Shown piece by piece: positions 26,805-37,765 of a DNA stretch of 63,689 nucleotides; the first letter of the stretch is position 1, and each line of letters starts with the position of its first letter. Source of the stretch: Octopus bimaculoides (taxonomy: Eukaryota); contig NC_068983.1 of assembly GCF_001194135.2 (NCBI RefSeq), forward strand, positions 66,827,697 to 66,891,385, written 5' to 3'. Made by a program: the position numbers and the translations under genes. The notes beneath the pieces were generated by a model, which saw nothing but the letters and a program-made list of their open reading frames with translations, searched no databases and was not told the origin of the DNA.

Positions 26805-27020
26805 GATTTCAAATTTCGGCACAAGGTTAGCAATTTCAGGGGAGTGGCTGAGTCAATTAGATGAAACCTAGTGTTGGATTGATGCTTATTTCATTAACTC
26901 CAAAAGATGAAATGCGAAGTCAACCTTGGCAGAATTTGAACTTGAACTCAGAGTGTAAAAATAGAAAAACTGCAACTAAGCATTTTGCCTGGTGTGCTTA
27001 CGATTCTACCAGCTCACCAC
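26805..27020 (-). mobile_element. Meta-like SINE fragment
   Basis: aaaagatgaaatgcgaagtcaaccttggcagaatttgaac...ctaagcattttgcctggtgtgct, same family as 24160 and 47400. Confidence 0.65.
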
Positions 27021-27169
27021 CTTTTGCTTATTAGATATTAACATGATGTATCAAATAGTTTTGTAAATAAGTTAGCAGAAATTTTATGCAAATATCAATT
27101 TTCTATAGTTTATACGTAGGCTATTTGGTATTGATGTTTGAAAGTCAGGTGGAATATTATAAGGGGTTT

Positions 27170-27300
27170 TTCCAGCTCTTTACATTCTCAGTTCAAATCT
27201 CACCTAGGTCAACTTTGGTTTTCATTCTTCCGGAGTCAGTAAAATAAAGTACCAGGCAAAGATGATATTTTATTGGTTAATGGAACTGACTAACACTTTC
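27170..27300 (+). mobile_element. Meta-like SINE fragment, inverted relative to 26805-27020
   Basis: cattctcagttcaaatctcacctaggtcaactttggttttcattcttccggagtcagtaaaataaagtaccagg. Confidence 0.65.
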
Positions 27301-27519
27301 TCCTTAAAATTGGAGCATGTTTCCATGGTTTCTAAAAGTTTGGAGCTATTTGTAGTGAGTTTGTCTTTTGTAGAAAAACAATCATGGTTTCAGTTTCAAC
27401 AGTGCATTGTGCAAAGCTCCTGTAGCTATGACTCAACTAGGTTGAGATCATGGGAGACTTGTAGTGCTACAATCTGTCATGATCTACCTTGATATGTATA
27501 CACAGTGTCAAGTAAAAAG

Positions 27520-27725
27520 CACTCATGCCAGTGCCTTATAGATGTACTTACACAATGCCATATAAAAGCACCCAGCACACTCTGTAAAGTGGTTGGCATT
27601 AGGAAGGTTAGCCATAAAAACCATGACAAATCAGACTGGAGCCTGCTCCAGCTTACTAGTTCTGATCAAACTGTCCAACCCATTTCAGTATGGAAAACAA
27701 ACATTAAATGATGGTGATGATGATA
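27520..27725 (+). mobile_element. Retroposon 3' tail with (GAT)n end
   Basis: aaaagcacccagcacactctgtaaagtggttggcattaggaagg...ccaacccatttcagtatggaaaacaaacattaaatgatggtgatgat. Confidence 0.7.
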
Positions 27726-28777
27726 TATACAATGTGGTGTGTGTATATATATATACATACGCGTGTTTGTATGTGTGTGTGTGTCCTAAAAGCATATTAT
27801 TTATGCCTATGCCCCTACACTCAATCTGTCCCCATCAAGCCTTTCCCACCTCTCATCTTCTTAACACCTATGCCTTCATCACTCTTTTGACTACAGCACT
27901 ATTTCTTCATCTGCTGTTATAGGTTATATGAAAAAACTATACATATTTCCTCCTTTTCTGTGCTACCTGTTATCTCTCTCCTTAGAATCACTTTTTAATG
28001 TCCTCTATCCCTCATTGTCAATATTATCCTTTCCCACTTTATTTTCCATTAATACCCGTTTCCCCTGAGATATATTTTATGACATCATTACCTCATCCTT
28101 AACACCCTGTCATATCTTCTGTCATTTTCAAAACTCATTCATATTTGCCATTGACTCCTTCACTTTGTCACTATATCCACCACAATGTAGCTCTGACTTC
28201 CATCACTGTCACTGAGCATCCAACTGTCTCAACCACACTTCACATTATCTTAGTATTCCTCATCTATCGATGGTTGTATTATTCCTTTACTTTCCACTCT
28301 TTTTGTATTGCCACTTATCACCTACTTATCCATGACCCACTTTTATTTTCTTTATTTTCCACATCAAACTACTATTCATTATCAATCATCCCTCCACTCT
28401 TGCTTGCCATTCATCATATTCTCCTTTCTAACCATCTGTTATTTTCCTTTCACACTCTTGCAAACTTGCCCATCTACCCTTCCCAATTCTCTGTACTTAT
28501 TCTGCCTTATATTCACCTTCTTGTAATATGAGAGTATGCCCTGATACCTTGTCACCACCATCTGTATCTCTCTGTAGCAAGACACCCATTCCTATATCAT
28601 ACTTTAACCTCTAAACACTTGACAAAAAGCTACATTTCTCTATTCTACTTACCCACTTAGTCGAGAGGCTTGTGTTGTGAGTTATTTGATGACCTCACTA
28701 GTGCTGGTGCCATGTAAAAATGCACCCAGAACACTCTGTAAAGTAGTTGGCTTAAGGAAGGGTTTTATGGTGTAGAA

Positions 28778-29670
28778 ATCTTTCCCCTGTCAAATTTGTC
28801 TTTATCAACTGCAAATTCGTCATTGCCAGCCTGAATTTCATTATTTTTAGTCTCAGTTATGTTGTTATCTCAATTCTGTCATTGTAAACTTAAATGTCAT
28901 CACTGTTAAATAGAGTAATTTTTTTTATGGAAAGACATTGATATCGGTGATTACTTGTGCAGAATTGTAAATGTATGTAAATGTTAAAGAATCTTATAAT
29001 GGATTATAAGTTTGGTATAATAAAAACTGTACCTGACATTACCATAAATGTACATTAGATGTAAGTGAAACTACATACTATACAACATACATATGCAACA
29101 AAAAAAAGACAAAAATAAATAACATTTAACTTTTTATCCATTATTCCTATTTCTTAATTCTCTTTGAGAAATTGAGTACTATCATATTCAATAATCAAAG
29201 TTAGTTGGGTGCCAATTATTACATATATGAAGATGATTGTACTGGAATATGTTAAGATAGTTAAGAAATGGGAATAATGAATAAAAGGTTAAACTGATGA
29301 TATTTTTGTCTTTGTCATGTTGTATATATAGTATGTAGTTTTATGTATATTTAATGTAATAAATGTATATTTCATGCTGTTCTATTAATGTTTACATTCT
29401 TTTACAACTCTGGGACAAATAATTACTGTTCATAAAAACAGATTCACCCCATCCTATTTTGGAATCATTTAAGTTGATGAAGGCAAATTCAAAATTGACA
29501 ACAGTGTAATCAAGACTGAGGATAATGAAATTGATACTCATGACAAATTTGAGGTCCATAATAACAAATTTGAGGTTCATAATAACAAATTTGAGGTTCA
29601 TAATAACAAATTTGAGGTTCATAATAACAAATTTGAGGTTCATAATAACAAATTTGAAAGGAAAATCCTC
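28778..29670. repeat. About 890-bp imperfect palindrome (fold-back element) centred near 29210
   Basis: Left-arm segments match the reverse complement of the right arm along its length, e.g. aaactacatactatacaaca vs tgttgtatatatagtatgtagttt, and ttattcctatttcttaa vs ttaagaaatgggaataa. Confidence 0.75.
29543..29657. repeat. 21-bp tandem repeat x5.5 (acaaatttgaggttcataata)
   Basis: Direct reading; units are near-identical. Confidence 0.95.
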
Positions 29671-30259
29671 TGTGTGTGTGTGTGTGTGTGTGCGCACAGG
29701 CACAAGAGCAAATGAGCTACCTCTCACTCCATATCACTCTTTTATCTCTTTCATAGACTAAAGTAGAATTACTTCTTGCTGTTTACAGACAGGGTTTCAT
29801 GAAACATATATATTTAGTATCAAATATATTCATAGTAAGTTTATGAATATACATTTCAGGTGTTATTTCTACATTATTTGTAAGTATATAGTGAGAGTTG
29901 ATACTTCCATATAAATTAGGCACACATTACTGTTTCTTTATAATGATGGGTGTAGTAAGAATAGTGAACGTTATTAACGGGGAATGTATTGTAAACTGTC
30001 ATTATGTTTGTTTTTCATGAGGAGTAAATGGCACAAGAGAGGTATTTAGATATGATAGTAGATGGTATAGTAGAGAGTAGTGTCATAGGGAGATAGGGAT
30101 TTCATTAGCATAAATAATAAAGGGTTTGGGAGAAAAGTAGTTATTTCATTAAATTAGAGGAAAAAATGAACTGAAGAATTTTAAAAGTTTCTCTCACATA
30201 ACAGATATCTGTAATAATTAGAACTTAATATAATTAATATATTTTTTTGTTTTGCAAGG

Positions 30260-30460
30260 TACCCTGTCAGTGATGGTGCCACATAAAAATCACCCAATAT
30301 ATTCTGTAAAATGGTTGGCAATAGGAAGGGCATCCAGCTGTAGAAACCATGCCAAAACAGACAATGGAGCCTGGTATGACTCCCAACCTTGCTAACTCCT
30401 GTCAAGCCATCCAACATGGAAGATAGATGTTCAGTGATTATGATGATGATGATGATGATG
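30260..30460 (+). mobile_element. Retroposon 3' tail with (GAT)n end
   Basis: gtgccacataaaaatcaccc...ggttggcaataggaagggcatccagctgtagaaaccatgcc...(gat)n. Confidence 0.7.
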
Positions 30461-31589
30461 AATACTAAATATTTAATTTCAATGCTAACCTTTCAACTGT
30501 TATCACTAGTATCATTCATCATATTTCCTATCATCTGCAGTACTTTTATTCAGATATAAATTCCAAATGTGTTGTCACTGACAACTTAAATTACAAATAA
30601 TCTCTATTAGTATACACTATAAATTTTTATTATTCATTTAGGGTATGGAGCTAAAGTACCACAAAACATTTAATAGTAGTGTTTCAAATTCTAGTTTGAC
30701 ATGTATTGCAGGTACAAGGTTTGGCTATATAGTAATAGAATTCCCAACTGATACTTTCATTACAAATCATCACTAATTTCTTTTTCATGGGAAACTATCC
30801 ACTAGGACAAATAATTTAGAGAAATTTCAAGCATAACTTCATTGTTAAAGCTTCCGATTAAGGACAGAATTTATAAAAAGACATCTCAATATAGAGACCA
30901 TTGTTACAAAATTATGAAAATCACTTGGTAAAATTTGAATTTCCTTTCAGCATAGTAAGATAGCTTCAACTACAGTAACAAATTGATGGTACAACTGTCA
31001 GACCAAGCTGACTGTCTTGAAAATAATTGATTATCAACTTATTGACTGATGTTTTCTTAATATCATTTAATTGATTTAAAAGTTTCTAATAATGTTACTT
31101 ATAATATCACAAAGAAATTTTATGAAAGTTAAAAAAATCTATTACGCTTAACTTAAATATTTTAAAGTTTAAATGTAGTCAGTAGGTAAGTGAGTTTAAT
31201 GAATTACCATTATTTCACTTGCATAAAGCCTAATTTCTTTCCCAGGAATGTATGAAATATTTCATTTCTAAATGGTGATTTCTAATATTGTAACAAGGCT
31301 TTATAATTAGATAAATGGGTATAGATGGTGTAATTGGTTTCAACATTTTATTGATATATTCAACCTTTGCTTTACAACTACTTCACTTTATGGGATACAC
31401 TGATAAAAATCATAGATATGCTCACTAATTTCCTCTTTCAATGTTTTAGTTATGATCAAAATAGTTAACAATTTGAAAGACTAATCATTATGATAAATGT
31501 GTGTGTGTGTGTGTGTGTGTGCATGTGTAATATACATATATATATATATTCTTTCATTCTTTCACTAGTTTCAGTCAGAGGCTAGGTCC

Positions 31590-31960
31590 ATACTGGAGCA
31601 CCGCCTTTCAGTATTGTTTTTGGTGAAGAAGCTAGCTGAACAAAGCTGCTCTTCTTTGTGCCTTCTGCTGTGATTTGAGCACATCTGGGATTGCAGATAA
31701 AAATTTGTCCAGGTGCTTTTTGAATGTTTCCACATCTGCACCATGCAGATCTCTTAGGGTCCTTGGTTGGATGTTAAACAGTGGTCCCTTAAAAGTCAAG
31801 CCATTGCAGTACTGGGTCCTTATCTAAGATGAAGAAGATGATATCTTTGGTAGTATGCAGTGCCGTCCAGTTTGGTGGTTGGTATACCTTCTAATTCCAA
31901 ATTTGGGAGCTTAGACCTTCCAGGATCTTTTATATGTATATCACTGCATACCTTTCTCAC
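31590..31960 (-). mobile_element. CR1/L2-superfamily LINE 3' end, decayed
   Basis: Minus translation resembles the post-RT C-terminus GP.LFN.LP..LRDL.G..V..FK..LDKFL..IPD; frameshifted. Confidence 0.5.
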
Positions 31961-32340
31961 CTTCTCTCCAGGTAGTAGAGCTTCTGTTGTCCATATTGGC
32001 ATGGGTTGGACCGTTTGACCAGGGCTGGCAAGCTGGAAGGCTGCACCAGACCACAGTTTGATTTGGATGGTTTATATGGCTGGATGCCCTTCCTTACACC
32101 AACCCCTCCAAGAGTGTAATGGGTGCTTTTACATGCCATTAGCATGGGTACCATTTGCATGACTCCGATATCTGCCACTACTGCGATTTTATTGGCTTGA
32201 TGGGTCTTCTCAAGCACAACATAATGCCAAAGGTGTCGGTCATTGCCTTGTGAGGCCCAACACTCGAAAGGAGCTCAGCTGCCTCCATGAGACCCAATGA
32301 TTGAAGGTGCTTTTAATGTGCCACTGGCACAGGTGCCAGT
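31961..32340 (-). mobile_element. Retroposon 3' portion (same tail family as 8118 and 53870)
   Basis: ggctggatgcccttccttacaccaaccc...gagtgtaatgggtgcttttacatgcc. Confidence 0.7.
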
Positions 32341-32511
32341 TATGTGACACCAGCATATATATATATATAATATTGCATGTGTGTATGTTTCTGTATGTTT
32401 TCTTGGGTAATGTGTATCTATGTACTTATCTATCTACCTACCTTTATAAATGTATCTATCTTTCTGTCTCTTTCCCTGCACTTTTTCTCTTTTCTATATA
32501 TATATATATAT

Positions 32512-33026
32512 ATATAACAATATAAATAATATATGCATATATCCATACATATATCTACATACCTATATCTATATGTATACATACATGCATATATGGGTAC
32601 CGCACATCAAAAAAACATTAAACACAATGAGAAACGAAAAACATAAAAACGAAAACATAGAAAATGGACTTTTTTCGAACAACAAAAAAACACAATCTGA
32701 GAAATGAGACATGCAACATAAAGAGTATACTCCTTCATCAGTTGTCCCTGTTTCATCTACTCCATGTTTCGAATTCAAAACGCAGAGTAGATGAAACATG
32801 GACAACTGATGAAGGGGTATACTCTTTATGCTGCATGTCTCGTTTCTTTGTTTGTTTTTTTCGTTGTTCGAAAAAAGTTCATTTTCTATGTTTTCGTTTC
32901 TCATTGTGTTTAATGGTTTTTTGATGTCCTGTACCCATATATGCATGTATGTATACATATAGATGTAAGTATGTACATATATGTATGGATATATGCATAT
33001 ATTTATATATTATTTATATTATTATA
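32512..33026. repeat. About 515-bp near-perfect palindrome centred on gaattc (32771-32776)
   Basis: aaagagtatactccttcatcagttgtccctgtttcatctactc pairs with gagtagatgaaacatggacaactgatgaaggggtatactcttt; the arms continue out to the AT-rich ends. Confidence 0.92.
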
Positions 33027-34080
33027 TGATCGAATGCCATGCATCCTTTTCCAAGTAAGTTTTATCTAAATATATATATGTGTGTGTGTGTGTTTTTGTG
33101 TGTGTGTGTGTGTGTGTGTCTGTGTGTGTGTGTGTATATAAAAATCAGCCTTCCCCACCACCACCACCAGCACTATCAATACCAAAAGCAATCAGCACCA
33201 TTATCAACTCACCAATTTTTGAATAACCAACTGGTAACAAGAAGAATACCCGCATGATAACAGTGTCTGCAGCTACATATTTTATATGTCAACACAATGG
33301 CGTGAGTGCATGTACAGAGAGAGTGAGGAGAGACGAAAAGATAGAAACATTTAATAAGGTAGGTAGATATATAAGTACATAGATACCTGTTGTTAGCAAG
33401 GTGGGTGCAGTTGAGGGAGGTTTTACTGGCTTAAATCAGAGTGCAAGGGGTGAAATGCCCATGAACCTGATAACCCTGTAATTATTCAGTACTTCTCACT
33501 TCCCTCCTTCCCCCTTTTGATCTTATTTCCATTCTAACAGTCACATGACAGCTAAAGATGCCTGAAAAGAAGCCATCATGTTGAACTGAAGGTAGTAATT
33601 TGAAAAGAAACTGTAAAAGGATTATACTGAATATGAAATTTGATGTTTAAAAAAATCCTCGATGCAGGAGTAAAAGAATCAACCACATTACCAAATCATC
33701 ATTTACTGTAGGAACAAAATTTGACAATAGAGAGAAGTTTAGGTGCTCAAAAAGTTACTTTGTTAACATCCTGAACTTTACTTTTTACATAGATCTAATG
33801 CTATGTTTAAAATGGACTCTTAAATGCATGAATCAAGGATCAAACTTGAGGTATTGTGCTGATAAGCACCATGGTAATGCAAAGATATATAGATATTGAA
33901 AGAAAGCCAATATTTTGTGTCAACACAATGGTGTGAGTGCATATACACAGAGGGAGAGAGAGAGAGTGGAAGGAGGTGATTGAGAGAAGTTTTTCTGACT
34001 CAAGTCAGAATGCAAGGAGTGAAATGCCCATGAACCTGATAACTCTGTAAATGGTAATGCAACACACACACACACACATA

Positions 34081-35294
34081 TTGGGTCATCCCATAAATAA
34101 TGCGTTTTTTTTATACTTCTTTTATTTTTCAAAATTAAGATAAACAAAGCTCTTTTTTAATCTAAAATATGCTCTCTTTCATTTTCTACAATACTCTTCC
34201 ATCAATCTGGTAGACTTGTAAGGCCCCTCTTCCAAGATTCACTTGTCCATGGTGAAAAATACTCCTCCAGTACTGTTCTGACCACATCTACAGAATTCCT
34301 ATTTTTTCCATCCAACTGATTTTGAAGACTGTGGAATAAATGATAATCAGATTGGGCAATGTCCAGCGAATATGGTGAATGAGGCATCATTTCCCATTCA
34401 AGCTGATGGAAGAATACCTTTCATCTTGGAACAAAAGCTGGTCGTTTTACTTCTAGTGCTGACTTAAGTCACTCAAGCTGCTTGCAGTAGATCTCCTTTG
34501 TTATCATTTAGTTTGGGTTTAAAAGTTCAAACTGGACTGAACCTTTCATATCCCGCCAAACAGATAGCCACACCTTATGTGGATTAAGACCTTTAGCCTG
34601 GGGTGCCAGTGTTTCTCCTTTCCCTATCCACTGTCTTCAGTGCTTGACATTTTTATAGAGAACCCATTTCTCGTCACCAGTTACTATTCGGTCAAAAAAA
34701 GGTTTATATGTGAGATGTGACAGCAAAGAAGAGCACACATTCACTCTCTGTGCATGATTAGACTCAAAATGTTTGTGAGGAACCCATTGACCCAATTTGT
34801 TGACTGACTTTTCTGATGGCATGCAGGTGTCGATGAATGGTTGAATGACCAAATCCAAGCTTCTCTGCTAGTTCCTCAACAATTACGGTGGAATTTTGTT
34901 CCACCAGGGTTTGCTGGATGTCCTTGTCGATCTCTACAGATCTTCCAGGACAAGGCTTGCCTTCTAGGCTGTAGTTTCTGGCTTGGAATTTCTGGAACCA
35001 CTGTTGACATTGGTTTACACTTATTATCCATTCTCCATATACTACATTAATATTCCTCACACTTTCCATTGCATTGTTGCTTTTATTGAATTCATAAAGT
35101 AAAATATGCTGAATATGCTTCTTTGTCACTTCCATTATAGCTTTGAAATAATAAATGTTAAAATTTGCACTAAGAATAAGGTAAAATTACTACCTGCTTT
35201 CATAACAAGTTGATGCAGGTAGTATATCCCATCTCCCTGTATCTTTTAGTTCATGCAATCAAAAAAAACCCACATTATCTGTAGGATGACACAA
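34081..35294 (-). mobile_element. Full-length mariner (DD34D-type) with TIRs and TA TSD, transposase disrupted
   Basis: TA|ttgggtcatcccataaataatgcg ... cacattatctgtaggatgacacaa|TA. Transposase from ATG 35135: MEVTKKHIQHILLYEF...KLGQWVPHK...RIVTGDEKWVLYKN...PHSPYSLDIAQSDYHLF; frameshifts present. Confidence 0.92.
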
Positions 35295-36153
35295 TACATA
35301 AAAAAAGCCAAAATTTTGCATGACAACTTGCAGAGAAAGAAAGGTAAAATTTCTAATGGAAATCCTTTTCTGGCTAGTAAAGGCTGGTTTGAAAAGCACT
35401 TGAATTTGCACAAAATGAATATGGCTTGTGAAGTTACTAGTGTTGATGTGGAGGCTGCTACTTGCTGAAGGAGAATATACATCAGAGCAAGAATTCAATG
35501 TTGATGAAACTGCATTTTGTAGAAGCCAGTGCCTGCTAGATCTTTTATTTCTCACAGAGAAAAATCAACAGCAGGATTTAAAGCTTCCAAAAATCATTTG
35601 GATCTTCTAGGAGGATATACCACAATATTAAATTAAAGCCTCTTCTCATTTATCATTCTGAAAATCCAAGCAGCTTCAAAGGTTATGCAAATTTTAATTT
35701 GCCACTGATTTGGTAGCCTTTTCAAAGATTGGTTTGCATACATTCTTTGTCCCACTGTAGAAAGTTACAGTACCAGATATATTTATATATATAAAACTGA
35801 GAATGTGTGTCTGTCTGTCTGTGAGTGTGCATCACTAAAACTTGAGAACTACCCAACCGATTTCATTTAAGTTTTACACCTGCATTACTTACAATCCATG
35901 GAATGTCATGGGCCAAAAATCCCTCGATTCTGTTTGTACACCCCACCATTATTAGACAACCAATGTTGATGTTTACATCTCTGTAATTTACCAGCTTGGC
36001 AGAAGAGATCTATAGAATAAGTACCAGACTTATAAAGAATAAGTTCAGGTGTCTATCTCTTCAACTGGAAGGTGGTGCTCCAGCATGGCCTCATTCAGAT
36101 GACTAAAACAAGTAAAACAGTAAAAGAGCAATGTATATATATATACAGACATA

Positions 36154-37428
36154 CAGAGGTTGGACAAAACAATGGAAACACCTAGCATCATAATTTTGAA
36201 ATATCTATAAACCGTCAAAAGCTTGTTTATTTTCATGCTCTTTGATTTATTATTAGTGTTGCTCAATGTTTTGCTAAATTTGCTGTTTCTTTTCAGATAT
36301 CATCAGGAAAAGGTAATTAAAATTCATTAAAGTGACAGATCTATCGGCCTTTCAAAGAGGTCAAATTGTTGGTGCTCATATGGCAGGTGCTAGCATATTG
36401 AAAACAGCCAAAATGTTTGGTATATCAAGAAGTATTCTCTTGAAAGTAATGACAGCTTTTGAGAAAGAGGGAAAAACATCCTCTTCAAAACAGAACTCTG
36501 GAAGAAAACCAGAATTTTCAGATAGGGACCGCTGGATTCTTATGCAAATTGTTTGAAAGGATCACAAAATTACAGCTCCCTAAATTACTGCAGAGCTTAA
36601 TGACCACCTCGAGAACCCAGTTTCCACAAGAACTGTTCGTCAGGAGCTGCATAAAGCCGGATTTCATAGGAGGGCTGCTATCAGAAAACCACTACTTTCA
36701 AAAACAAACGTTGCAAAGCATTTAGATTGGCGTAAAATCTACAGAATTGGTCCCTAGAGCAGTGGAAGAATGTTATTTTCTCAGACGAGTCTTCCTTTAA
36801 CATATTTCCGACAACTGGCTGAGTATACGTGTGGAGACAGCCAATAGAAGCATTTGACCTAGACTGCCTTCTTCCAACTGTTAAACATGGAGGAGGATCT
36901 GTGATGATCAGGTGGGGGCTATATGGGCTATATCTTAGAAATCTGCTGACCAAATGGTTTCCCTTCATGGCAGAATTAATAGTCAAGACTATTTAAGCAT
37001 TTTATCTGATCAAATTCATCCTATGGTTGCGAAACTGTTTCCGTAGGGAAATGCAATCTTTCAGGATGATTATGCAACAATTCACACAACTAAAGTTGTT
37101 ACTAAATGGCATGAGGAACATTCTAGTGAAGTTGAACATCTTATCTGGTCACCACAGTCCCCAGATCTCAATATTATTGAACATTTATGTTGCATTTGAG
37201 AAAAACAAGTAAGGAGTCGATATCCTCCACCATCATCATTACAAGAACAACTGGAGACTGTTTTAGCTGAAGAATGGACAAAAATTCCTTTGGAAATAAT
37301 TCAATCTTTGTATGAGCCCATATCTCATAGAATTCAAGTCGTAATTACTGCTAAAGGTGGTCCTATCCCATATTAAAATAAATTTGTTTGAAATTTTAAG
37401 GTGTTTTCATTATTTTGTCCAACCCCTG
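36154..37428 (+). mobile_element. Full-length Tc1 (DD34E-type) element with TIRs and TA TSD, transposase disrupted
   Basis: TA|cagaggttggacaaaacaatggaaacacct ... aggtgttttcattattttgtccaacccctg|TA. Protein: TDLSAFQRGQIVG...VIFSDESSF...[11 protein letters not shown]...IFQDD...SPQSPDLNIIEHL; stops and frameshifts. Confidence 0.95.
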
Positions 37429-37430
37429 TA

Positions 37431-37541
37431 TATACATTATAGCCTCAGGCCAACCAAAGCCTAGTGAGTGGATTTTTTTACATGGAAACTGAAAGAAGAC
37501 TGTCATATATATATGTGTATATTTGTGTGTGTGTGTGTGTG

Positions 37542-37576
<35 letters not shown>

Positions 37577-37765
37577 ACTTCCACCATTGCTTGACAACCG
37601 ATGTTGCTGTGTTTGCATCCTCATAACTTAGTGGTTCAGCAAAAGAAACTGATAGAATAAGTACTAGGCTTACAAAGAATAAATCCTGGGGTCGATTTGT
37701 TCAATTAAAGGCAGTGCTCCAGCATGACCATAGTCACATGACTGAAACAAGTAAAGCAATAAAAA
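37431..37765 (+). mobile_element. CORE-like SINE lacking its head
   Basis: tatagcctcaggccaaccaaagcctagtgagtggat...gtgctccagcatgaccatagtcacatgactgaaacaagtaaa. Confidence 0.65.

Noticed and set aside
29392-29761. Repeat protein ORFs (FVIMNLK)n, (ITNLRFI)n, (HNNKFEV)n
   Set aside because: A 21-bp unit without stops is open in several frames; there are no convincing splice signals, and it lies in a fold-back arm.
32720-32830. Hammerhead ribozyme in the large palindrome
   Set aside because: CTGATGA is followed by a hairpin but not by GAAA, and the type II arrangement gives no stem I pairing.
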